From: Paecilomyces variotii
Lineage: Eukaryota
Assembly: GCA_004022145.1 (NCBI GenBank)
Contig: RCNU01000021.1
Reading direction: 5' to 3' (one strand)
Length of the DNA: 64,000 bases
Made by a program: the position numbers and the translations under genes. Positions 24,388 to 37,940 of this stretch are shown piece by piece (position 1 is the first letter of the stretch; the number at the start of each line of letters is the position of its first letter). Under the pieces are notes generated by a model. That model was given only the letters and a program-made list of their open reading frames with translations, did not search any database and was not told the DNA's origin.

Positions 24388-26222
24388 ACCACCGGCCCGG
24401 CTTTCCCGACGATCCCCGATAAAACCGACCACACGCGCTACTAGAACTCGTATATGACTCTCTGTCTCCCTCGGCTTTGATCGCAAGAACGTTATAGAGT
24501 TGAGCTCATCGCATCCTGATCTTGAAGCGGATCATCTGGGGTGATACGAGCAAATAATATGCAGAGTCAGACTCCGTTTCATCGGATCTCTAACTAATAT
24601 CGACGCCTCCTAATGCCACATATTTTGGTAATGCGTCTACATCACATCCCATGCGGATCAGTAGAATTACTACTCCGTACTTCTCCTCCATGGATGTGGC
24701 GCTGCCGGTCTTAACTACTAATAATCTCCGAAGTCTACAGCGAGTCTATGGTGGGGTGGGATGAGCCAGCATTCTACCGTGGCGTCGGAACCGCACGGTT
24801 GAGAACCTGCTCAAACTCAAAGGGACGGATAGCGACGGTGGTTTTCTAGTTTTTCTAGTAGTCTGCTGGCAGCCTGGACGAACTTTCCCCGACCCGAACA
24901 GGGCGTAATATTGGATCAAAAGTGGTATCTATGGTATGTACACAGTACATACTCTATTCCCCTGCGTTCGTGACAACCCCGGGCCTGTGCTTCGTCAGTC
25001 TTCTGCAGCAGTAACTTAGGCACCTGGCAAGTAGTTATCACTGCCACCCACCTCTTTAGGTAGTTAATCTGGATTCTGTTTTATTAGAAATCGAATTAAT
25101 AGGTAATAGGTAATCGGAACGACGGGCCGATAGATATTGGTACGTAGTATGAATATACTGACGGTAAACCCCCCGCATAGTTCAAGTTTACTGTTGATCT
25201 CCCGCCCACGCCGAGGGCTGAATCCCTGGAGTACCCCGTAAGACTTACCTACTGAGTACTAAGTATGCGGCTCCGGGCATTCTCCTGCAGGGTCCTTAAA
25301 GCGACCTGAACCGGTGACGACGTTAGATAGTCTAGTGACCTTTGCCCCTTCCGACATGTTTCATCCTGGCGATGAGCGCATCGGGGGTATCACGGGAGGA
25401 GCAGATGGCATATCCCCGTTGCTTCCTATTGCTAGTCGATCATCGTTCCCTTAGTCCGAACGCCTCTCTATCTTGGCTGAATAATTACCTACATACTTAG
25501 TTAACTAGTTAGTCCATAGTTGAGCAATAATTGCGAACTGCAATGAGAACAATGTCCACCTGATCCTTCTGTTCTCGGCTGCCGCATGAGTGCTTACGAG
25601 CCTAATAATGTGTCCTGATCTGATAAAGTTCGATGTCATGGAGGACCTAACTCTTCCCGTGGATCAAGCCAACTACCTAGGTAGGTAGAGACGTTCAGAA
25701 TCGGGTTCACTCCGTGCAGAACGGATGAGGCTGTGATTATTATTACCTACAGTTGTCGTCTATCTGAAAGTGACCGGAGACGGACTGTCTATCTATCCGC
25801 GCACCGTCGGGTCGGGTTATGCACGGTAACTCGTGCTCGTAGAGGGAAATACCAGCAAATCAATGTTGAGGACAGATAGAAGGAGATGCTCTCTCATGCA
25901 ACCTACGAACATTGTGGGATCGACTCAACTGCAGTCTGCACCTGCTCGAGGGGTTAGGTTGCCTCTTTCGGATACTGGCATCCCCTACCACGATAATCTA
26001 ATGAGCGTCAATCGTAATAGCATATTACCTTAGATGAGAACTGCAGGGAATACCTATGCAGGTTTCTCTAGGAGTGGTTGATAGATATGGTATTTATCGT
26101 GGCATTTCTCATGATTCGATCTCCCAGTATCTGCAGGTTCATCCTGCATGCAGGCAAACTGCATATACATAATACAATCTTTCTCTGCCCGCACCGACCA
26201 CTAGGTGCTCAAACTCTCGAGC

Positions 26223-28599
26223 TTATCGACGTCTCCTCGTCGTAGTCGGTGCTGGCTCGAATGCATCGTCATCATCCTCGATATCCTCACTCAGCACACT
26301 GACGCTTCGTGTAGTCCGGCTCGGTCGTGCACTGTTCCGCGAACTGGCCTGTGACGCACCGAAATCAAGTGTCGTCTGAGTCTGTCTCCCCCTCGTCGCA
26401 GTCGACCTAGCGGTCGTCCTCCGGGTTGAGGATGCTGCTGTGACGGACGAGGGGGCCGGAGACGCTGCTGTCCGCCCGCTCCGACGTTGGCCTGCAGTAG
26501 ACGACGGGACGGTGCTGCGAGCTCGAGACTTCGTGGTAGCAGCCTTGGGTTGTGGCTGTTTGACGAAAAGAGCCTGAGACTCGTCGTCCGACACAGCATC
26601 CTCTGCCACGTCTTCTTCATCATCATCGTCCAGCATTACGACGTCTTCTTCCTCTTCTTCCTCGTCCGATACGACCTGTTTGCGGCGACCTTTTGCTGAA
26701 GCAGCTCCTCGTTTGGTCGTTGTCGTAGCTGTCTTGCGAGTGCTAGCAGTGGCTGTGGTCCTGCCACCACGACCTCTGCCACGTCCTCTTGATGCGCGTG
26801 GTGGCTCTGTGCCATCTTCTGCTGCTTCCTCCTCGACGGGGTCACCACCCTCGTTGTCAGAGTGGATGAGGGCTCCTGGCTGGTCTTCCCACGCGCCGTC
26901 GAATTCACTATCCCATCCATCGGGCTTGGGTTTGAACCGCTTCTTACCACGCGTCCGTCTCCCGGTGCCCTTGGAAAACGCCTCTTCCATCCGCGTGCGA
27001 TACTTCTCCATTGCTGCATGGAGGGAAGCACTGCCTGTCTCCTCATCCATATCGTCACTGTCTTGATCTAAAGACAGCAAATGCTTGATCTGATTACCCA
27101 AGGACTCGTTGACAAACATTTCCATGGCATGCTTGTCATCTTTGTCGACAAACTGCGACACGGCATCACCAAATGAATTCTGCGGAAGGATTGTGAGGGA
27201 TTGAGCCTGCAGAAATTCCCTAACTAGCTTTTCCACCTTGACCGTGTCCAGGGAGGTCAGCTGGGATACAACTGCCTCATCAACACCACTGTCCTTGGGA
27301 CGGGTAGAGCTCGCCGCCTTCTTCTTCCTGTAAAACTGTACCACATCATTAACGTTTGCGACCCTCCCGACGAATCGGTTTGAAAATCTCTGCGGATTTT
27401 CACAATCGAAACTCCCTCCATCAGGTGTTGAGATCTCAACGCGTAGCCGGACTAACGGCAACGGTGGCTCTTGTTCTTCTTCTTCTTCGCCCTCTTGGCT
27501 CTCAAGCCATTCAGCTTTCGCTTCTTCGATCAGTTCGTCCACAATGGACATAAGGAAACGCGTGACTTCGGTCCGGTTATCATCTTTCCTCGCTAATTTC
27601 TGCGCCCCTTTTTCTTCAGAGAGGACAATCTCGCGCATCACAAACGGACGAACTGTCTTCAAACGGATCGGCTCACACTTGAATTCGCGGCCAGTAATAG
27701 TAAGGATGGCAACGTGTTTGGCCACAGCCTCGCCAGGCATTAAAGACGTTGCAACAGAAGACCCTGGCTGCATGACATGGAACTTCGTCTCCGGGTTTAG
27801 ACGAGGATTGATGAGACACTCGTGCTCGTGACCCCAGATAACGAGGTCAAGGAAGTCTGGAAGGAACGTCTCAGGAAGATAACCAGTTTCCGTGTAAGCA
27901 TGGTGATTCTGATGGACACTCATGAGATTAAACCAGTCGTCCTTCTGGGTGGCTGGCTGGAAGAACTTGACTTTGCCATCGCGGAAGGTCCTGAAGAGCC
28001 GCTCGTCTCGAACGTTGCTCATACCGTAGAGGGCAAGTTTTGTCCTGCCTTTCTGGAGAAGAACCGGTTTGATCTGAATGTTGTCGGATTCCGGCGTCCG
28101 CCCGTAGTAGTTGACCAAACCAGATACTTGTAGCAGATCTAGAGCGGCCAGATGGCCTTCACCAGACGGATCGTCATGATTGCCGTGGATCGAGAATACC
28201 GGAATGGCAACGTTGATGTCTAGATCTTCATAGTTGACATGATTGAAAGCCCCCTGGAAATTTTCGCTGGCGTCGCTGAGCATCTCGAGCTCGCAAGGCT
28301 TGTCCCCCAGACAGTTCATCCGTAGGGAACGCATCACTTGATACATGGATTTTCTCGACGGCTTATTTTCATGGAACAAGTCTCCCGCGAGCAGGACCAT
28401 GTCGACATCTCGTTCCTTGGCCAGACACATCACTTCGTGGAAGCTCTTCCAGCTATCGTCACCCCGGATCGGATCACGCTCGTTGTAACCGACATGGTTG
28501 TCGGTGGAGACAAGGATGCGGATCGTGTCCGCGTCTGCGTTTGTTAGCTAAAATCGAATGTAATTGTTGATAATGGATCATACCTGTTAAGGAGGGCAT
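26223..28599 (-). CDS. MRE11: Double-strand break repair nuclease Mre11; exons 28599-28584, 28534-26223
   Basis: IRILVSTDNHVGY, LAGDLFH, IHGNHDDP, VHQNH, WGHEH and PGSSVATSL phosphoesterase motifs; GAR tract RGRGRGRGGR. Confidence 0.95.
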
Positions 28600-28873
28600 C
28601 CGCTTAGTATATTTATTTCTCGAACTTGAAAAGGCAAAACTGAAGGCAAGATGCAGTGAGAGGTGTAAGTAGGGGAAGCTTCATGGAGAAACTAAAATGG
28701 CATCGTAGAACTTCGCGAATGCTGCCTAGTTTTTAGTCAAGTATGACCGAAAACCGACATTTCTCGATTAGGAGCTAAAGAAGGTTACACAAGCAAAAAC
28801 GGAAACTCAGTGATCTACAGCCATTTAACAACGTATCCTGTTGAATTAATGCATCGTCGTTCTTGTCGCCTCT

Positions 28874-28910
28874 CGCGTTTTGGCGCGACGCGGTCACGTG
28901 CAGAAGCGCG
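28874..28910. promoter_or_regulatory. MCB-like CGCG cluster plus TCACGTG E-box in the MRE11/F-box divergent promoter
   Basis: CGCG at 28874, 28884, 28889 and 28907; TCACGTG at 28894-28900. Confidence 0.5.
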
Positions 28911-29094
28911 AGCGCAATCGATCCGGTTTCAACTCGTCGGCTGCGCTCATCTTTCTTCCCCTCATCATCTTCCACCCTCCAAGACGCTCTCGTCCGTGAT
29001 ACTACTCCAACGCCACTCGCATCCTTCATCGACTGAACCAGAAACCCCTGGCTCAGTCGCACATCCCTCCTAGCGCTCCTCTCAGAAATCTTTT

Positions 29095-32000
29095 ATGCCA
29101 TCAGAGTCTACCGCAGTATCTCCGCATACTATAGACTCAGCCGCAGCAGACGCTCTCTTTTCTTCCCAGCATGGAGATGACCATCGCGACCAGCCGGTCT
29201 CTGACCATCTCTTCGATGAAAGGGTTGGAGACCACAGCCAGCCGAGCTGGATCGCGCACACGTCCGTCTGGGATTCTGCGGAACAGGACGAAGGTATCTC
29301 CTTGCGACGGTTGAGTTCCGGCTTGTCCGTGGACCAATCGTCGAGCGTCGACCGTGTCAGGCAGTATGAGAATTCTTCTATGTCGCCGGAGAGGAAATAT
29401 GGAGACCTCCCCTTCAAGGTGATGCCGTCCAGTGACAGATCGCGCGTGTCGATCGAGGACTTCCCTAATGGTACGTACACAGGCGGCAAGATAAGGGACT
29501 TCCGATTTTAATATACAATGCAGAGGTTCTCACCCATATCCTTTCTCATCTGCCTCCGTCGAGCCTGTCATCAATGGCAGTAGTATCGCGCCGCCTCCAC
29601 AATTTAGTGACAACACCCCATGCGTGGCGGATGGCGTTCTCTCGATACTTCCCGGGCCCTGATAGCATAGAGACGCGGCGTGCTGGGAAAAACCACCCGG
29701 ATACGTTGCGTTCGGAGAAGCGGTACTTCACTAGGCTGACTGCACTGGCTTCCTGGCGCAGTGAGTACATCTTGCGGACGCGACTGTTGAGGTCGTTGGC
29801 CAGGGGCAAGCCTGCCAATTTTCAACCGCCCGGTAGACATGGGCCAGTGCGTTCAGCCAGTGTACAAAACGGTAGTGCCGTGATCACCTATACGTCCCAG
29901 CTTCTCTATCCTGTCAGTCACATTGATGGTAACTTTGGGACTGGTCTGGATAAGAGGCAGCCGAAGTTCATACACGGTGCCGTGGAGCAGGGTTTTGCTT
30001 CGGCGAGTGACCCTTCCATGGGAAAGGTCGGCAGTTGGGGCTTGTCAGATCATCAGATGTTCCAACACTTTGCTGATCTCTATCCTGGTGACGCACAGTA
30101 CGGGTTAGGACCGGGCAACATGGTCGGAGTACCTAATTCTATGGATGTCAGTCAACAATATGGAATGGTCTACGGTGAAGGTTGTCCCCAGGGTCGCACC
30201 TACTTCATCTCCTCCGATGAGCAGAGGGGCCGATTTCTGAGCGTTCCTGACTCTAGCTCTCATCCTCAACTGGGAATACCTGCACTGAACATGATCACCA
30301 CGGCTGTTTGTTCCGTCTGGATTGCGAAGTCCACAGCCATATTAAAAATGACGAATGGGCTTATTGGGTTGTTGTCAGGTTCATCGTCCGGAATCTTGAC
30401 AGCATACTCATTGGGCACGAATTCTGCTCATGAGAAGCGCTTCGAACGAGGGCAGGTCACCGCCAGATGGGTCATCTGTCCGGGTGTCCCCATTATTGCT
30501 ATTGCTGTGGATGAAAACTATTCAACCAAACGCCATTCTCACCGGCGCATTTGGGCTGTCGTCCTTAACGCGCTGGGAGAGCTGTTTTACCTCACCGAGC
30601 TTCCCGTTCAGCCGGAGTCCTCGCCCAAGCTTAGTGCCGAGCAGATGGAAAAGCTCGCCTGGAAAACAGGTCGCAGTGTCCGATGGGAACTAGTTGAAGC
30701 GAGCAGGCGTGTGGCACGCCCGGATCCCTATAATACGCAGCTCGTGCATGGTAGCTACAGTCCAAGATCATCATCCGATTCGATGGGTCTGAATGAGAAT
30801 CAAATAGCTGCGGAGACCAAAGAGATCGAAAAATTCCTGGCATTCAAGCCGAAGCACTTTCGCAAAGTATGCCAGAGTTGGAATATGAGGCGCCACCTGA
30901 AAGTTGACTTCGCGGGTGACGACCTTCATGGAGCGGGCGAGTCCATGATCGTTATCGACTCTGGTCTTGAGGAAGAGCACTCGACTGCCTCTATCCGTCG
31001 CCTGACTAGAACGAGACTTGCGGTCGCGCGTGAAGGCTCTTCCGAGCCTTACCCTAGGATCCAGACTCCTAAAGTCCAGTCACTCTTTGGAGGCCCAAGT
31101 AGTCCTAGCGCCTCTCCTTTCCCTAGTGCTACTGAATGTCCTTCGAGGACGTCCAGTCACGCCAGCGAGCCTGTCTCCTCAGTTGCCAACACGGAGTGGA
31201 GAATCTCCGACTTCGTCTTCGGTGACCGCAAATCTGTCCAGATCACTTGCAGTGCTCTCGATCTTTCGAACTACGCCCAGCTTACCGTTGACGAGGACCC
31301 CCTCCTGAGCATGTCTGGTTCTTCGTCATCGTCTCCAGCTTCATCTCCCATGCCGCATATGGACCGGCCATCTGCAGTGTCGGAGATCCCAGGCCAACGG
31401 GGCAGGTATCTAGCGGTTGGGACTACAATGGGCACAGTATACGTTTGGGATGTGCGCAGCCCTTCTTCTGGAAATACAGAAATTGTTAACTCGATTTCTC
31501 CTGTCCGCGTGATCAACACGGACTCGCCACAAGTCTCGTGCGTTGGCTTGACGTCTCTCTACCTTGTGCACGGTGGAAATGACGGGTTGGTACAAGCATG
31601 GGATACTCTGGCTTCGTCCACGCGTCCTATCCGGACGATGAACTCCCGTTTCTCTTCTCGAGCTCGCCGTCGGCTTATCCAGGCGGAGGCATCTATCCAG
31701 GGCGTAGGCAACAACTACTTCGCTGCTGGTGCTCTATGTCTCGACCCTGATCCTACCGTTTTACGAGGCGTTGTTTCGCTTGGGACTCACCTACGCTACT
31801 GGGCCTACAGTTCCTCTGCCGCAGATCAGTATAAAAGCAGCAAGCGGCGACTGCGGCGTTCTATGCGCGGCAGTAACGGCGCTGTCGAGGGGCAGCGTTT
31901 CACCAGTAGCGGCCGTGGTGCACTTAGAGATCATATCGTTGACGAGAAGATGGAAATAGAGCGGCAAAAGATCGCTGATGCGAAGGAGAGACGACTCCTG

Positions 32001-32561
32001 AGTGGCCGTTTCGGTATTGATTTGCTTGGCCCAGATGCGAGCGAGGAGGAACTACTTGCCTACGCGCAAATGCTAAGTGAAGAAGCGTATACAAGTGATG
32101 AGCGCAAACGCAGAGAGAGCACTGCGAGTCCTACCGTGGATAGTACATCAAGCTCAACTGTTGGACCTAACGACAGCTCGTTTCCACCTCGCGAGTTTTC
32201 GTCGTCATCATCTCCCAATCTGGACACGGTCGAGGAGGAGCTGGATCCGGATATCGCTGAAGCCCTGCGTCTGAGTTTGCTTGAAAATAACCCCGGTCCT
32301 GTCGATACGACAGTTTTCGACTCTATCCCCGTCAAATACGTGACAGGCTCAAAGGACGAGGGATATCCGCCTTCGTCACCGGAACGCGCAGCGGCTGGAA
32401 GCAGTAGACAGGAGGAAATGGATGATCTCGAATTCGCCTTGCAATTGAGTTTGGCGGAGGAGGAGAGCCGTAGAGAGGCTACAGCGTCTGGACAGGACGA
32501 ATTTCCTGCACTGAATACGCTGTCATCTTCATCAAGGGACAAGGGGAAGGGCAGGGCATAG
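29095..32561 (+). CDS. F-box / WD-like / UIM protein (Pof10-like); exons 29095-29470, 29524-32561
   Basis: Splicing yields the F-box FPNEVLTHILSHLP..VVSRR. WD-like segments GTVYVWD and GLVQAWD; C-terminal UIM-like EEELDPDIAEALRLSL and EMDDLEFALQLSLAEE. Confidence 0.85.
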
Positions 32562-34064
32562 TAAATAGCAGGGTGGTTCGATTTACAATGAGGGGTGATT
32601 TCTTTTGATTTTTTTCATCTGAAGGCATTGTTATGCTCAGTCACAGTTGCGATGCCAAGCATGCTTTATCATTTTCAACTGGTTTGCGAGATATATTTGA
32701 GTTAATTCCCTTCAGCTGTGTATACTTTTCCAGTAGAATAGGCCGGGGTTATAGGGATGGACCCAGCTTAACGGTGTATCAATTTCTCTTTCGAACTTAT
32801 CCTACTCTGCCCATTCCCTAGAGCAGAAACCATGAAGTCAATATAAACATAAGCAGTTTCTTGGCTCGACGATTCCTACTCTACATGTCTACTCTAGAAT
32901 ATGTGGCTGTACCCACCATAACATCATCCCGAGAACCGATCTACAGTCCAATACATACTTGCCTTCGATCTCACTATTCATCTTATTCCAGCACATCCCT
33001 GTAAGTAGAGTCAATAGCAACACGAGCTGTTCTGTTCTGTTCTGTATTTGCTCTTAACGGTAATAACGGACTTTGCGAGGCAGAAGCAGAGTAGTGCAAT
33101 TTGAATCAAGTGGCGCTTTAGGTATGCATTATTAGTTGACAGTAGGTAGTCTGGTGGCAATATGCCTAACACCTGGACTGATATTCGAAACCACTGGATC
33201 GGTCGTGGGTATAGATAGCGGGGAATAATAAACAGATAGGAGCATCATGGTGGAACGTGATAGGACCCACGGAAATTATACTGGGCATACGTATTATTAT
33301 CATCCCATAGGGAGGAAAGTGAAATACAGATTCTTTTTGCTCTGGCAGTACTACAGTACTACTACTGTAACGTACCACTATCTAGGTACAGCTCTAATTT
33401 TCTCCTGTCAGGTTGGTGAGACCCAACTCAAAAAATATATGTTTTCTTTTTATGATTAAGGAGGACCTCTTGGGAGTCCCTGGTTCCTGAGACATTCTCT
33501 CCCCGATGTAACGGTCAGTCGCTGATCCCTTCAACACGCGAAGATCCGAGACCGACGGTGCGGCCCACCATGGGAAATGAGCCATACCCACCGTGCCGAT
33601 CAGATGAAGATCATGTACTCTACGGAGTAGCTAGGATGAAAGGAGCACACGCCCACAAAAGCTGAATAAACCAGTCCTTGCAGTGAACCACAGTCGTTAA
33701 TTGAGGGTCAAATATGTACCTATGGAAAATCAGAACGCCTAATCTCAAAAGAGGCCTGCCCTTTTCGATGGGATCCGCGATGCTCCCTCGCATCTCTGCA
33801 AGAAGAAAGCATTACATACAAGACATGCGGCAATAGCCCAAAGCGTAAAATAAGTGACAAGAAAAAGCACGGATAATGATCCGAAAGATATCCGCCTCTC
33901 AGGGTCACCACGATTCTCGAGTCCTCGCGTCACGTTGCTTGTATCATGAGCCAGATGCCCGACGAGCCCGTGCAATGTGTACATTGAATATGTTTAATTT
34001 TTATTGCCTCGAAAAGAAATGATGCACCCAGTCTCTGTTCCCTCAAGTAGACGACAAAAAGAAC

Positions 34065-35763
34065 CTACGCAGCCAGAGCCAGAAGCATGGTAGTCAGAGC
34101 ACCGGCAAGGCTGAACATGCCCGAAGCAGTGGACTTGCCGGCGGCGTTTGTCTTGGCAGAACCGCTGGCGCTGGAGGTCGACGAGGCGGAGGTAGAGGAA
34201 CCACTGCTGCTGCCCGAAGTGTTTGAACCGGGCTCATTGGACTGGTCGTTGGCAAGAACGTTCAGTTCGATACCGGTGATCTCCTTGCCAGTGCTGTCAT
34301 AGATGGTCTCGTTGATCTTGGTGTTCTTGACGGAAACGAGCTTGCCAACGTTAGTGCTGCCGACACCGTTATCGATCATCTTCTGGATGGTGTCCAGACG
34401 CGCGGGGAGGTCAAAGGTGTTGGGGAAGCCACTGGTGCTGATCAGGTCGGCACTGCAGACGACGGGCTCGACCGAAGTCTGAGAGCTGTTGGCGGCCCGG
34501 ACGCTCTTCAGATCGACCTTGGCGAACTGCTTCTGCAGGTTCTCGTAGTCCACAAGCAGAGACACGGTGTCGTTGTCGTTGACCTGAACCAGACCGTAGT
34601 TGTTGGCCTCCTGGGTCCACTCGTATACCAGGCCCCCGGAAATGGCCTGGGTCATCTCCTCGCTGTAGATGGCCTGGACTTCAGTGAAGACGCGGGGGGT
34701 AACCTTGTTGCATCCGTATTCGGAGAAGAACACGGGCAGGCTGGCGTTCTTGAAGTCGTCGGCCAGAACATCGTAACCGGCAGTCTTGATGCTGGAGTCA
34801 CCGCACCACGAGTAGGAGTTCAGACCGAAAAAGTCAGACCGGGAGCTGGTCGAGTTCTTGATCTCGCAAGACATGTAGTTGGAGGTGTCCACAAGGATAT
34901 CGCGAACATCAGCAGCAGAGTAACCGACAGGGATAGAACGGTTGGCGTGCTTCGCGATGTAGTCGTGCATGTCACGTTGCACCGCCTACGGGTCATTAGT
35001 GATGACAGCTCTGCGAATCAAACGTGTAGTAAGGGGCACAAACCCGAACGTAGGAGGGGACCTGCTCGACACTGTCCTGGTTGATGACCTCGTTTCCGGA
35101 GAAGAGGGCCAGAGTGTTGGGGTAGTTCTTGAAGGCTTCGATCATGCCGAAGACCTGCTTCATGTAGATGGGGTTATACGAGGTCCAGGGTGCCGTCCGG
35201 TCCAAGGAACCGTTCTCCAGAGGAGAGTTGACATCCAGAATCAGGTAGATACCGGCCGCGTTGAAGATGGAGGCACACTCGTCATGGTTAAGGTCAGGGC
35301 TCATGTTGTAGATACGGATGGTGTTGACCTAGGTGAAATCCATGAGCGCTTCTCCCAGTGAGGCAATCTAGAAAGATTGGAACATACACCCAGACGCTGC
35401 ATGAGCGCCGCATCACGCATACACGTTTGAGGGTCGCTAAGAGGGTCGGATTTGCCAGTAAAGCCAGAGGAACCACCGGGCTGGTAGCTAGAAGATGAAC
35501 TGCGTTAACGGAGTGATCTCCTCACAAAACGGGTTTGACTGGAGGCGCTGCTTACTCGACACCGAGGATCTGGAAGCGTTCCTTGGTGACGCTGTTGACA
35601 AAGTCTTTTCCTTCGACAATGACGGGCTGGACGGCAACAGCGGTAGTCGCCAGACCACAGAGCGCAGTGAAGATCTGCGCGTAGGACTGTGATTCGCAAA
35701 GTAGTCAGCGCCAAGCAGTCGACATGTGGTAGAGGGGCAGATAGAAGCACATACAGGAACCAT
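34065..35763 (-). CDS. gel2: GPI-anchored 1,3-beta-glucanosyltransferase (GH72, Gel/Gas), multi-exon
   Basis: Signal peptide, RFQILGVDYQPGG, DPLSDP, SGNEVIN, PVGYSAAD, SYSWCG and FFSEYGCN; Ser-rich stalk and hydrophobic GPI signal. It has no X8/Cys-box, as in A. fumigatus Gel2. Confidence 0.88.
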
Positions 35764-36503
35764 GTTGGCTATCGAGGCTTATCTACAGAGAAGAAGAACG
35801 GGCGAGGCGGAAGCGATCGCGGAGATTGAATGTCCAAAAGGAATGGCTGCGCGGGGGCAAAGGGGATTGAACCGTCGAGAGAGTGTAGACGGTTTTTAAA
35901 CAAGAAGCAGAGCAAAGGAAGCTGCGAGGGAGGAGGGAGAGAAAGACCGATGGAGACTGAAAAGCAGTTGGTATGCTCCGCACGGAAGAAGGATGCAAGG
36001 TTATTTCTACATTCACCGGGAATATATCAAGGAAACAGAAGGGGAGAGAACTCGGGGAGGTCAAATAGGAAAATGGAGCATGGGGTCAGACACAACTGAT
36101 TCCAGGAGTAACCAAGCTTGAGGAGGCGCCAAATGGGGCCGGGCTAAGATAGCGCCAGGAGCGATAATATCAATCATACATGCCGGCGGTTGGGCGACAA
36201 CACAAGGGTTCAAGAGCTAAATTGAATAGATACTAGTAGATAGTAGCAGATTTGATTCAACAGCCAACCACCGGGCTGGAATGCCCCCCCTGGCTGATTG
36301 ACCGTCACTGGCACGTTTATCTGTGTCCAAAAAAAAGTCTCTACTCGACATAGGGCTGGTGTTGAACAATAATAATGTAACTAGAGCACACTACGGAGTC
36401 CATTAGATATATTATTAATCTCTGCAGGCTGGATGGATTTCATGCCATGACGTCTAAGGGACCGTGCACCAGGAGCATCCGAAACAAATCGAGAAAGGAG
36501 AAA

Positions 36504-36538
36504 AATCAATCAATGAATCAATCAATCAATCAATCAAT
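36504..36538. repeat. (AATC)n microsatellite
   Basis: aatcaatcaatgaatcaatcaatcaatcaatcaat. Confidence 0.8.
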
Positions 36539-36930
36539 TGTCCACATGGGGGTGGTTCGTTAAAAGTACAGCACATACCGCTCCTTGGCAGGAAACCTGA
36601 ATGAAACAGACCAGCACCGACACTGCCGAACCGCCATGGCGCCAACAAGGACCAAGACGCCCACGCGCTTGGCACTGGGTGGCGATGCAAATATACAAGA
36701 CGTATACACGGGGAAGAGAGAAGTAGTGGAGATGGAGGGGAAGATGGGGAGTTTGTGTCGGATTAGGGGGGGAAATGAAGAGAGGATGGAGCCGTGGACG
36801 ATGACCAGTCCACTGCATATTGGTCGTCGTCACGATTCATCAACACAGAAGATAACAGGCGATTCGGGGTTGTTTTTCCCCAGACAACCCCAGACCGTCG
36901 GCCGTCATCAATTCATCGGGGTCAGTCCAT

Positions 36931-37595
36931 TTATTCGACGCCGTGTCCATCCACGCTGGGGCCTTCGCCCGTGAAGGAGCCCAGCTTCAGGCCACTGTCC
37001 AGGGCGACCATCTCTGCCAAGATCTCCAGGACTTCCTTGGGGACGGTCTTGTCGTATATCGAGATCAGGTCCTTGGGCTGCGGGTAGACCTTGAGGGCCT
37101 TGTAGAAGGCCAGGGCTGCCTCGATGTTGTCGGAGCCTGAAGCTTTACGTCAGCGTCGGTCCTTTCTTCCTCGGCCGTCAAACGCGGAAAAAAGAGAAAA
37201 GAAAAAAAAGGCGTACCTTCAGCGCACAGAGACTCTCCCTTGGCGACCTGGCTCATGAAGTAGGCCTCCTTCTCCTCCAGATCGGTGGGGAAACCCTCAT
37301 CCTTGGCCTGCTCGACAACAGCCTTGATGGTCTCTCGCTGCTGAGCGCCTTGAGCCTCAACTTCCTCCTTGACCGCCCGAGCAAGTCGTCGGTTGTCCTT
37401 CTTCAGGGCGCGCCGAAACTCGGGATCCGACTGCCTCTTGTGGTCGAAGTAGATGGCGTAGGCTGTGGACAATGTCAGCACCAATGCGAATTAACGTCCG
37501 TGACGCCGTGCTGGCGATGTTGTAGAGGCGGCCATACCAAGAAGGCCCGTCAGGACCGTGCCGGCGGATGCGGCCACCAGAGTCGATGTCTTCAT
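36931..37595 (-). CDS. TOM20: Mitochondrial import receptor Tom20; exons 37595-37538, 37462-37217, 37136-36931
   Basis: N-terminal anchor followed by [31 protein letters not shown] and [15 protein letters not shown]. Confidence 0.93.
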
Positions 37596-37940
37596 GGTGA
37601 TGTGTAGAAGAAGAAGGAAAAAAAGAAGAAGATACTGAAGACAGAGAGAAGAAAGAAAGAAAGACAGGCAATGAGGGGGACAATAATTGCCTGTTGATGG
37701 AGCGAGAGGGAAGCGTTGTTTGGTGAAGCTGATTCTCTCTGGCCCTTCCTTTTCCCTGCCAGCTTCGGCTCGTCGGCGATAATTTTGAGAGATGGATCAT
37801 CGTTCTTCCGTCGCGGCCTCATCGCGTCACATCAAGAGCATCAAAGACTCCGTGTTATCTTGATCTGGATCTTGATCTTGAGGCTTTGCATCGATCCATA
37901 ACTGCACATCCATCCTCTCTCTCTCTCCCTCCCAGCAGCC

